A DNA stretch of 64,000 nucleotides from Propionibacteriaceae bacterium. Its GTDB lineage: Bacteria > Actinomycetota > Actinomycetes > Propionibacteriales > Propionibacteriaceae. Made by a program: the position numbers and the translations under genes. Below the pieces are notes generated by a model. The model was not told the origin of the DNA, did not search any database, and was given only the letters and a program-made list of their open reading frames with translations. This document shows, piece by piece, positions 39,568 to 48,007 of the stretch. Position 1 is the stretch's first letter. Each line of letters opens with the position of its first letter. Location of the stretch: positions 4,024 to 68,023 of the forward strand of contig JAISJP010000003.1 of the NCBI GenBank assembly GCA_031261455.1, written 5' to 3'.

Positions 39568-39822
39568 ATAATGATGTATCCCTTGTTGATAATCAGGTGT
39601 TCACCCGTGGTACACAGCCTAACGGGAGTGTTTCACAAACCCAACGCCAACTCGCCATCAACGAAGAACACGGTTGCCAACCTCAACAACAAGAGGACAA
39701 TGGAGCTCCACTCAACAAGAGCATCTACACTCGAGTGGCTTCAGTGCCTTGAGACAGCACACAGAGATGGCGAAACGACGGATTTGGCGTCTCTTACCTA
39801 GCCGTGGGCGATTTCCCCTGTG

Positions 39823-40929
39823 TTACGCGGTTGCGGGTTCGCGACGCTCGCCCGCGGCGATTTGGGTGCCGGGTTTCAGGTATAGGAACGGGCCGACCCG
39901 CGAACCCTCACCGATTACGGCCAGTTCGGCGTGGACGCGGATTACGCGGGCGTTGGCACCGACTTCGCAGTCTTTCAGGGTGGTGCTGGGGCCGATGGTG
40001 GCGCCCGATTCGATGCTGGTGACGCCGTGGAGTTCGACGCCAGGCAGCAGGGTGACGTCTTGACCCAGGTCCACGTCGGCGTCAATCCACGTGGCGGCGG
40101 GGTCGATGACGGTGACGCCGGCGAGCATCCAGCGCGTGACAATTCTGCGGTTGTACTCGGCAGTTAGCGCGGCCAACTGAACGCGGTCGTTGACGCCTTC
40201 GGTCTGCCAAACGTCGGCGGTGACTACCGCACCTACCCGTCCGGAGGCCTCACGAGCAAGGGCGATAGCGTCGGTCAGGTAGAGCTGACCTTGGTCGTTG
40301 TTGGTGGTCAACTGACCTAATGAACTGCGCAGTGTGGGGATGTCGAAGACGTAGACCCCGGCGTTGATCTCGGTGATTTGCAGCTCGTCTGGGGTAGCAT
40401 CACGATGTTCGACGATGCGGGCCACCTGCGCAGGGTCGGCAGCGTCACGAACAACACGGCCATAGCCGGAGGGGTTGTCGGCGTGAGCACTCAGCAGGGT
40501 TGCGGCATTGGCGTAGTCGCGATGAGCAGCCACCAACTCTTCGAGAGTTTCAGGCTCAAGTAGGGGGACATCGGCATAGGTGACAGCGACCTCGCCGGTC
40601 AGGTCGGACGGCAGGGCAGCAAGCGCGGTGCGGACGGCGTCGCCGGTGCCCAACAACTCCTGTTGGACGACGGTCTGGGCGTAGGGCGCTATGCGCGACA
40701 GCTCGGTCAGCACCGACTCGCGTTCATGCCCGACCACAACCACTAGGTGTTCGGGGCGTAGCGGCTCCACGGCGTTGATCGCGTGTGCCAGCAACGTCTT
40801 GCCGCCGATGGTGTGCAACAACTTGGACTTGGCGGACTTCATGCGCGTGCCCGCGCCAGCGGCCAAAACTATGACTGCAGCAACCCTATCGCTCATACTT
40901 CCAATTCTAGTCGGATATGGGCCGCTCAT
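39823..40929 (-). CDS. glmU: GlmU (UDP-GlcNAc diphosphorylase / GlcN-1-P acetyltransferase), apparently 3'-truncated within the LbH acetyltransferase domain
   Basis: LAAGAGTRMKS uridyltransferase N-terminus. Hexapeptide repeats run to GPFLYLKPGTQIAAGE, then 7 unrelated residues and a stop. About 100+ C-terminal residues expected from the E. coli and Mtb proteins are absent. Confidence 0.75.
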   Translation of the reverse strand: MSGPYPTRIGSMSDRVAAVIVLAAGAGTRMKSAKSKLLHTIGGKTLLAHAINAVEPLRPEHLVVVVGHERESVLTELSRIAPYAQTVVQQELLGTGDAVRTALAALPSDLTGEVAVTYADVPLLEPETLEELVAAHRDYANAATLLSAHADNPSGYGRVVRDAADPAQVARIVEHRDATPDELQITEINAGVYVFDIPTLRSSLGQLTTNNDQGQLYLTDAIALAREASGRVGAVVTADVWQTEGVNDRVQLAALTAEYNRRIVTRWMLAGVTVIDPAATWIDADVDLGQDVTLLPGVELHGVTSIESGATIGPSTTLKDCEVGANARVIRVHAELAVIGEGSRVGPFLYLKPGTQIAAGERREPATA

Positions 40930-41081
40930 GTAGGTGCATCATGCTCCCGACATCAAGTTGCGTTTGTGCCGTTTTGGCCGCGTGGGGCGTTTAGATGCTG
41001 GAGTTGGCAGCCGTGTAAGCCTGCTCGACCCCACTCTCTGCGTCTGGAATTGAGACCAGGACAGCCGGGCGGGCGAACCAG

Positions 41082-42308
41082 CTACTCCGCCTCTTCCTGT
41101 CCGACCGCCTCGGCTTGAGCCTCAAGCAGGGCGCAGGCCTCGCGGGCGATGGCGAGCGCCTCGCGCTGCTGGATCATCAGCACCGGGATAGCAGAGTGCG
41201 GCGTGGAGATGATGCGGGAACGCACGTCGGAGTGCGTCTTCTCGTTGATGTTTTGGTCTAGGTCTACACCGATCACTTCAAGACGGTCGCAGACGGCGCG
41301 ACGCAAGCGGTGGTCTTGCTCGCCCGCAGTGCCGGTGAACGAGATGGCTTGCGCCCCCCCCAGCACCACGTGGTAGGCGGCGATCAGCGAGACGATGCGA
41401 TGCACCAGGATGCCCAGCCCAACGCGAGCTTGCTGGTCCCCCTCGTCAGCGGCAGCCCAGACGTCAACCATGCTCTTCTGGCCAGTCATGCCAAACAGGC
41501 CGGAGCCCTCCCGCAGCAGTTGGTCAAACTCCTCAATGCTCATGCCCGTTTTCTCGCACACGTAACGGTGGATGCCGGGGTCGATGGAGCCGCTAACGGT
41601 GCGTCCGGGCAGGCCGTCGATGGGAGTGATGCCGGTGGACACCTCGATGGGACGCCCGGAATCGATAGCCGAGATGGACGCCCATCGTCCCAAATACACG
41701 ACGATCTGTTTCAGTTCGTGCCGGCCCAGCAGCAACGACACCCGGTTGGCGACGTAAGAGTGAGTGGGACCGTGGAACCCGACCTTGCGCAGTCTCAGCT
41801 TGTCTGACAGTTCGGCAGGCAGGGCGTAGCCAGCGGTGGCGTCCGGCAGTTGCGAGAAGAAAGACGTATCGAACACCGCGACGTTGGGCAGGTTGGGCAG
41901 CAACTTCTCGGCGGCGCGGATCCCGTCGATGGTGGCGGGGTTGTGATCGGGAGCCAGCAGCGCGAACTCGTTGATGGCGTCGATAACCTCGTCATCAACA
42001 AGCCTGGACTCGGTGAACCGGTCGGCAGTGTGGACAACGCGGTGGGCGACGGCGGCAAGCGAGCTGACCGGCACTCCGTTGGTCTCCATCATGCGCAGTG
42101 CCGACGCCAGCGCGGCCTCAACCGTCGGGATGCTCAGGTCTGGGGTGTAGACCTTGCCCTCGGTGAGTTCGTGCCAGATCTCGCCGGTACCGTCCTCGCC
42201 GATGCCCCGCACCTTGCCTTGGGAGATCGGGTCCTTCGCCCCGGCTTCAAACACGTAGTACTTCAGCGCGCTCTTTGAAGCCTTCAGTACCAAAATGAGG
42301 CCAATCAT
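41082..42308 (-). CDS. acetate/propionate kinase family protein (divergent motifs)
   Basis: ORF 41082..42524, likely start ATG 42308 with AGGAGA SD. AHRVVH, APDHNP, VAVFDTSF, VGFHGPTHSY and FTGTAGEQ resemble AckA signatures, but NAGSSS is replaced by LKASKS. Confidence 0.65.
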   Translation of the reverse strand: MIGLILVLKASKSALKYYVFEAGAKDPISQGKVRGIGEDGTGEIWHELTEGKVYTPDLSIPTVEAALASALRMMETNGVPVSSLAAVAHRVVHTADRFTESRLVDDEVIDAINEFALLAPDHNPATIDGIRAAEKLLPNLPNVAVFDTSFFSQLPDATAGYALPAELSDKLRLRKVGFHGPTHSYVANRVSLLLGRHELKQIVVYLGRWASISAIDSGRPIEVSTGITPIDGLPGRTVSGSIDPGIHRYVCEKTGMSIEEFDQLLREGSGLFGMTGQKSMVDVWAAADEGDQQARVGLGILVHRIVSLIAAYHVVLGGAQAISFTGTAGEQDHRLRRAVCDRLEVIGVDLDQNINEKTHSDVRSRIISTPHSAIPVLMIQQREALAIAREACALLEAQAEAVGQEEAE

Positions 42309-42375
42309 GTGTTTCGTTTCTCCTAAAGTCCGGTCAGCAGGGGGTCCTGATGCTAGGCAGTATTTGTTGGTCGGC

Positions 42376-43686
42376 TCAGCCGAAAACAAAGAACCTGACA
42401 TAGATGTAAACCCACGAGATTGCGACCGTGAGCAGGGTGATGGGAATGCCGTATTTGGCAAACTTCCAGAAGCTGATTTTCTCGCCTGCGGACGCGGCGA
42501 GGCCGAGCACGACGACATTGGCACCGGCGGCGACAGCGGTCATGTTGCCGCCGAGGTCTGCGCCAAACACGAAAGCCCACCACAGCGGGCTGTCCGCGCC
42601 GACGTGCGGGGTGGCGGCCACCATCTCGGCCACAATGTTAACCATGGCGGTGGTGTAAGGAATATTGTCAACAACGGCACCGATGATCGCCGAGCCAAAC
42701 AGCAGTCCGGTGACACCGCCAAGTTCGTTGCCGTCCATCAGTTCGGCGGCAAACTCGCCCATCTGTCCGATGACGCCAACTTCAACTAACACTCCCACAA
42801 GCACAAACAGTGACATAAAGAAGGCCAGCGTGGTCCATTCCACCTCGGCAAGGAACTGCTTGGGTTTGGTCTGGCTGACCAGCACCATGAACCCGGCGCC
42901 GAGCATGGCAACGATGGACGGGTCCAGTGGCACAAACTCGTGCATGCCGAACGTAACCATAACTATTGCCAACACGATGAGGCAGCGCACCAGCAGGGCG
43001 ACGCTGGGGATAGCGTCTTTGGGATCGAGGTCGCCAAGGGCCTCGTCAACGTCAATCTTCTTGTGCATCTGCTTGCGGAACACGACGATTAGTACCAGTA
43101 CTAGTACCACGAATAGCAACAGCGTCAGCGGAAGCGAGTAGACCAGAAAGTCTGTGAACGACAGGTCGGCGCGGGAGGCGATGATCAGGTTGGGCGGGTC
43201 ACCGATGAGGGTGGACGTGCCGCCGATGTTTGCCGCGAAGATTAGACCCATAAGGTAAGGCATGGGCGAGATGGACAGCCGTTGACACACAGACAGGGTC
43301 ACGGGCGCGACGAGCAGCACCACTGTCACGTTGTCCAGAATTGGAGAAAACAGTGCGGTGACGCTCATGAGCACGATTAGCAACCGAACCGGGCTGCCTT
43401 TGGACACCCGCGCGGCCCACAAGGCGATGAACTCGAACAGGCCGGTATGGCGCAACACCGAGACCACGATCATCATGCCGAACAGCAGGAAGATGACGCC
43501 CCAGTCAACGCCGGTGTGTTCACTGAAGAACGCGGTGTCGGCGGAAACCAACGGCCCCTCTTCGCGGAACAGGCCAAGGATTGCCATCGCGGCCACGCCA
43601 CCAAGCGCGGCGGCCACGCGGTGGACCTTTTCGGACGCGATCAGGGCGTAGGTGATGGCAAACACGATCAGCGCAATGCTGGTCAT
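42376..43686 (-). CDS. ArsB/NhaD-superfamily (YbiR-like) anion permease
   Basis: ORF 42376..43803, likely start ATG 43686 (MTSIALIVFAITYALIASEKVHRV). Polytopic membrane protein. Confidence 0.7.
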   Translation of the reverse strand: MTSIALIVFAITYALIASEKVHRVAAALGGVAAMAILGLFREEGPLVSADTAFFSEHTGVDWGVIFLLFGMMIVVSVLRHTGLFEFIALWAARVSKGSPVRLLIVLMSVTALFSPILDNVTVVLLVAPVTLSVCQRLSISPMPYLMGLIFAANIGGTSTLIGDPPNLIIASRADLSFTDFLVYSLPLTLLLFVVLVLVLIVVFRKQMHKKIDVDEALGDLDPKDAIPSVALLVRCLIVLAIVMVTFGMHEFVPLDPSIVAMLGAGFMVLVSQTKPKQFLAEVEWTTLAFFMSLFVLVGVLVEVGVIGQMGEFAAELMDGNELGGVTGLLFGSAIIGAVVDNIPYTTAMVNIVAEMVAATPHVGADSPLWWAFVFGADLGGNMTAVAAGANVVVLGLAASAGEKISFWKFAKYGIPITLLTVAISWVYIYVRFFVFG

Positions 43687-43708
43687 CGCCTCACCACCTT
43701 GTGCTTGT

Positions 43709-43762
43709 GTGTTACGCGTGTTGCGTGCGTTATGCGCGTGTCGTGCGTTATACGCGTTTCGT
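43709..43762. repeat. 18-bp periodic tandem repeat (about 3 units) in the permease upstream region
   Basis: gttacgcgt at 43711, gttatgcgcgt at 43729 and gttatacgcgt at 43747, spaced exactly 18 nt. Each contains an ACGCGT or GCGCGT palindromic core. Confidence 0.7.
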
Positions 43763-44039
43763 CTTGCGCATTTTGAGCGTTTCGCCCGTTTTGGCAACAG
43801 CAAACTGCGCGCCTAAGGCTCATGTCACTCTGCGAGGTCAACCCGCAGAATCAAGCAAAAGCCCTAGCCGTGTAAGGAGTTGTGTTACTTAAATCAGTAT
43901 ACCGGAGTGAGTCGCTAAGCCTGCCATCTGCGGTTATGTGGCCCCTCCAAAGCAGATTCTGCGAGAAAACTGTCAGTGGGGCCACGTACTCTTGTTGTTA
44001 GAAGATGCATCAGGGCATCTGCGGGAATGAGGAAAACGC

Positions 44040-44867
44040 ATGATTGGGGCAATTGTTGGCGACATTGTTGGCAGTCCATTCGAGTTTGATCGAGGTAACA
44101 AGACCAGCGAGTTTGAGCTGTTCAGCCCTGAAGCAGACTTCACCGACGACACGTTGATGACGCTTGCGGTGGGGCGGGCGCTCATGGATGTGGCCGGTGA
44201 CGAGTCGCTGGCTGACGAGGCACTGGTTAGGCGGATGCGGGAGTTTGCTAACCGGTACGACCTTCCAAAAGGTGGTTTTGGCGGACGGTTCCGGGTGTGG
44301 CTCCGCTCCCCCGATCCGCACCCGTACGGCAGCTACGGCAACGGATCCGCAATGCGCGTCTCATCCGTCGGTTGGTTGTTCGACACCTTAGAAGAGACCG
44401 AACACTGGGCTGAGATCTCGGCTCGCGTCACGCACAACCATCCTGAAGGCATCAAGGGCGCACAAGCCACGGCGGCTGCAATCTTCTTGGCCCGCACCCA
44501 AGGCGCGTCCGAGGCGGCCAAGGCAGGCCTGAAAGCGTACATTCAGCAGCGTTTCGACTACGACCTGACCCGTACCCTTGACGACATCCGTCCCAGCTAT
44601 CGCCACGTCGAGTCCTGTCAGCAGAGCGTGCCCGAGGCCATCACGGCTTACTTGGAGTCGTCCGACTTTGAAAACGCCCTCCGCCTGGTCATCAGCCTCG
44701 GTGGCGACACGGACACCACGGGTGCCATCACCGGTTCCATTGCCGAGGCAGCCTACGGCATCCCGGCGTCCATCCAAACTGAGGCTTTCAAACGCTTGCC
44801 CGATGACCTGCTTGGGGTCGTCGCCAGCTTCAACGCCAAACTGGGGCGACCTGCTATCCCGCGCTGA
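44040..44867 (+). CDS. ADP-ribosylglycohydrolase family protein
   Basis: MIGAIVGDIVGSPFEFD...FTDDTLMTLAV...GGDTDTTGAITGSIAEA motifs. Confidence 0.85.
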   Translation: MIGAIVGDIVGSPFEFDRGNKTSEFELFSPEADFTDDTLMTLAVGRALMDVAGDESLADEALVRRMREFANRYDLPKGGFGGRFRVWLRSPDPHPYGSYGNGSAMRVSSVGWLFDTLEETEHWAEISARVTHNHPEGIKGAQATAAAIFLARTQGASEAAKAGLKAYIQQRFDYDLTRTLDDIRPSYRHVESCQQSVPEAITAYLESSDFENALRLVISLGGDTDTTGAITGSIAEAAYGIPASIQTEAFKRLPDDLLGVVASFNAKLGRPAIPR

Positions 44868-44892
44868 GTTGCGGGGTTGAGCTGAGAGAGGC

Positions 44893-45606
44893 TCAGTCTT
44901 CTAGGCGATAGCCTAGGCCGCGGACGGTGACTAGACGCACCGGCTGGGCAGGGTCTACCTCGATGCGTGAGCGGATGCGACGGACGTGAACGTCTAGGGT
45001 TTTGGTGTCTCCGTAGTAGTCACTGCCCCATACGCGGTCGATGAGCTGGTCACGAGTGAGGACCCGTCCGGCGTTGCGCAGCAGGAGTTCTAGCAGCTCG
45101 AACTCGCGCAGTGGCATGGTCACCTCGGCGCCATCGACCCACAGGCGGTGTCGCTCCACGTCCATCTCGATGCCGCTGGCTCGTAGTGTCTCTTCAGGGG
45201 CTGAACCCGTGGGGATTGGGCCTGCGGGTGCTCCAGTGGGAGTCTTGGAACGGTGGCGCAGGACAGCGCGAATCCTCGCCAGCAGTTCAGGGGTAGAGAA
45301 GGGCTTGGTCACGTAGTCGTCCGCACCTAACTCCAGACCGACGACTATGTCGCCCTCCATGTTCTTTGCGGTGAGCATGATGATGGGCACGTCGCTGGTG
45401 AGGCGCACTTGGCGACACACCTGCGTGCCGGACACGGCGGGAAGCATCAGGTCGAGCAGGATCAGGTCGGGTTGGTGCTCTGCGATGGCAGTGAGCGCCA
45501 CGGCACCATCGGAGGCGGTGCGCACCGAGTAGCCCTGCCGAGTAAGCAGGTACGCCAGCGTCTCGCGCAGCGTCGTTTCGTCTTCTACTAGCAGCAGTTC
45601 GGTCAT
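44893..45606 (-). CDS. OmpR/PhoB-family response regulator (RegX3-like position)
   Basis: ORF 44893..45669, likely start ATG 45606 (MTELLLVEDE). Receiver domain plus winged-helix (VRGLGYRL). Confidence 0.9.
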   Translation of the reverse strand: MTELLLVEDETTLRETLAYLLTRQGYSVRTASDGAVALTAIAEHQPDLILLDLMLPAVSGTQVCRQVRLTSDVPIIMLTAKNMEGDIVVGLELGADDYVTKPFSTPELLARIRAVLRHRSKTPTGAPAGPIPTGSAPEETLRASGIEMDVERHRLWVDGAEVTMPLREFELLELLLRNAGRVLTRDQLIDRVWGSDYYGDTKTLDVHVRRIRSRIEVDPAQPVRLVTVRGLGYRLED

Positions 45607-45607
45607 G

Positions 45608-46585
45608 CTAATCCTCCTCGTCCGGCCATGTCTGTGTTGTGACGACAGACTCGTCGCTCGGCACACCATGCTGGGCCTGCTGGGCCTGTTGACTCGGCTG
45701 CCCTGGTCGCTTTGGCTCGCTCAGGTTCTCGAAACCGTCCCCGTGATAGAGCGGAAGACATAGTGTGAACGTCGAGCCTTGGGCTAGACGCGACCACACC
45801 TCCACTCGTCCGCCATGGCTCAGCGCCGTGTGTTTGACGATTGCTAACCCCAATCCAGTGCCCCCGCTGCGCCGAGAGCGCGCCGCGTCCACGCGATAGA
45901 AACGCTCAAATATCCGGTCGATCTCCTCCGCAGGGATGCCGATTCCGGTGTCGATTACGGCGATGTGCAGTTCGTCTGCCTCGCTGTCGATGGACATTGC
46001 CAGCGATACCCGCGAGCCAGGCGCGGAGTAGTTGATGGCGTTTGCTAACAGGTTTTCCACAGCCGTGGTAAGCGCTTGCGCGTCTCCCAGCACCTCGGCG
46101 TCCAATTCGGTGCCCACGCTGACTTCGATGTTGCGCCCTTCGGCGGCCATGCTTTGTCCAGCCATGGCGCTGGCGACGACGTCTCGGGCAGCAACGGGGC
46201 GGAGTTGAGCGCTCTGTGCAGCGTCTTGAATCGCTGCAAGTGCCATCACGTCTTCGATCAGATGCGCCATGCGGTCGCCTTCCTCCTGAAGACGCGACGA
46301 GAAGTGTCGCACCGTGTCTGGACTGTCGCTGGCAGCAAGCAAAGTCTCGGCGATGAGTTCGACTGCGGCTATTGGGGTGCGAAGCTCATGGCCAATGTTA
46401 GCCACAAAGTCGCGCCGGACTCGGTCGGCGCGGGCAGTTGCCAAGGCGGCCTCGTCTAACGCTGCTGACGACGTGTATTGTGCGTGGATGCGCCTAGCAT
46501 TGATCCACCAAACCAATGCCAAGATCGCGGTTGCAATGAGCGCTCCTAGCAGCCCGGCCAACACGAGAGGGGGTTTCTCCGGCAC
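45608..46585 (-). CDS. sensor histidine kinase (SenX3-like, single TM, short)
   Basis: H-box ANIGHELRTPI; N, G1 and G2 boxes (GTGLGLAIV). Its stop lies 1 nt from the response-regulator start. Confidence 0.85.
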   Translation of the reverse strand: MPEKPPLVLAGLLGALIATAILALVWWINARRIHAQYTSSAALDEAALATARADRVRRDFVANIGHELRTPIAAVELIAETLLAASDSPDTVRHFSSRLQEEGDRMAHLIEDVMALAAIQDAAQSAQLRPVAARDVVASAMAGQSMAAEGRNIEVSVGTELDAEVLGDAQALTTAVENLLANAINYSAPGSRVSLAMSIDSEADELHIAVIDTGIGIPAEEIDRIFERFYRVDAARSRRSGGTGLGLAIVKHTALSHGGRVEVWSRLAQGSTFTLCLPLYHGDGFENLSEPKRPGQPSQQAQQAQHGVPSDESVVTTQTWPDEED

Positions 46586-46741
46586 ATTCTTCAGCCTAGT
46601 TGAAAAAATCGCGTAGCCAAGGGCAACCGCGAGAGTTGTTCTCAGGGTTCACCTGCTGGCAACCTCTCGTTAACCTTGCAGCCCGGCGGGTCACTGAGAA
46701 ATCTGCTACCCCAAGGATTCGTTGAAACCTTCCACGTTGGA

Positions 46742-47014
46742 CTAGCCAAAGCGACCCGAGATGTAGTCTTCTGTGGACTTCAGCGTGGGCGTCGAAAAGA
46801 TCCTGGCGGTGTCGTCACACTCGATTAGTCTGCCAGGGTCTCCGGCCTGGCTGATGCTGAAGAACGGCGTGCGATCAGAGACGCGCGCCGCCTGCTGCGT
46901 GTTGTGGGTGACGATGACCACCGCGTGGCTCTTCTTCAGATCAACTGTCAGGTCCTCGATGGCGAAACTGAGGCCTTCGATAGCGCAGAAGTTGCCGTAG
47001 TAGGCGTTCAGCAC
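46742..47014 (-). pseudogene. pstB: pstB (phosphate ABC ATPase) remnant with internal deletion
   Basis: N-terminal [15 protein letters not shown] is joined directly to the C-terminal [18 protein letters not shown]...[11 protein letters not shown]. Walker A and signature regions are missing. Confidence 0.7.
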
Positions 47015-47097
47015 GGAGCGTCACCACTTTTCGAGCCAAGGAGATGAAGCGAGGGCCACCTGGCTGTCTCTACGATGGCCATCCACGGGCTTCCCAT

Positions 47098-47997
47098 CTA
47101 CAACGGTAGGAACCAGCCTGGCGTTGAGATCAGTTTGTCGGCGGTGATCGCGACTGCTTTTGTCTCGGGATGGATGTTGGCTAGTTGCGGGAGAGCGGTG
47201 CTGCCTAAGACCAGCAGGGCCGTTGACCATGACTCGGCAGTGGCGGCGCGTGGGGCGGCCACCGCGGCACACATGATGTCCGAGGTGCTGGGACGCGAGG
47301 TGAATGGGTCTACGATGTGGTGACCGCGCTCAGCGAATCCGGAGACAGACAGCGAAAAGCCGTTTGGCAACGATAGATACCCGATGGCCTTGGTCCGATC
47401 ATGTCCCGGAGCGCGAAGCGCAATCTGCCAGTCGTCCGAGCCTCCTTGACCAAAACAAGTGAGCGAGGATGACCCGAAGCTGACCAAGGCACCAGCAGCG
47501 CCGCGCCAAGATGCGAGGTCGCACAGTCTCTCCGTAACGATACCCTTCGCGATACCGCCAAGGTCTAGTGAACACCCCGCTGCCAGTCGCCAAGAACGAC
47601 CTTCTCGGCGTTCCAGCGGAGAGTAGGAAGGCGAGTCGTGGTTGGTCGCATCGGTCTCTGATTCGGTGGCCTCACCCCGCCGTTGGTCACCACCATGTGG
47701 CTCACAACCCTGATGGTTTGCGTCGACCACGGTGGCAAGCACGTCGAACGCGCCTCCGGTCTCCTCGCGTGCCTCCAGAGCTGACACCAACACGTCGTCC
47801 GTTATGGGAGCGACTTCGACCCATTCTCCGGTCGCCTGTTGCAGTCTGCTCACGTCTGAGTCCGAAATGAAACGGCTTAGTCTTGACTCCCACTCGGCAA
47901 CAAGCGGATGGCACTCGGCCTCAACGTCCCAATTTGGTGCTCCGACAACGTGGAGTTCCAGCAGAGTTCCCATCGCGGGCCAACGGACCGTACTCAT
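47098..47997 (-). CDS. apbE: FAD:protein FMN transferase (ApbE family)
   Basis: N-terminal WPAMGT and LDLGGIAKG motifs. Last gene of the iron-uptake operon. Confidence 0.8.
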   Translation of the reverse strand: MSTVRWPAMGTLLELHVVGAPNWDVEAECHPLVAEWESRLSRFISDSDVSRLQQATGEWVEVAPITDDVLVSALEAREETGGAFDVLATVVDANHQGCEPHGGDQRRGEATESETDATNHDSPSYSPLERREGRSWRLAAGCSLDLGGIAKGIVTERLCDLASWRGAAGALVSFGSSSLTCFGQGGSDDWQIALRAPGHDRTKAIGYLSLPNGFSLSVSGFAERGHHIVDPFTSRPSTSDIMCAAVAAPRAATAESWSTALLVLGSTALPQLANIHPETKAVAITADKLISTPGWFLPL

Positions 47998-48007
47998 CGC
48001 ACCGACC

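Noticed and set aside
39571-39801. 76-aa plus-strand ORF in the AT-rich spacer between the heptamer repeat and glmU.
   Set aside because: No recognisable domain or SD, and it lies in junction DNA of the insertion. There is not enough evidence to call a gene.
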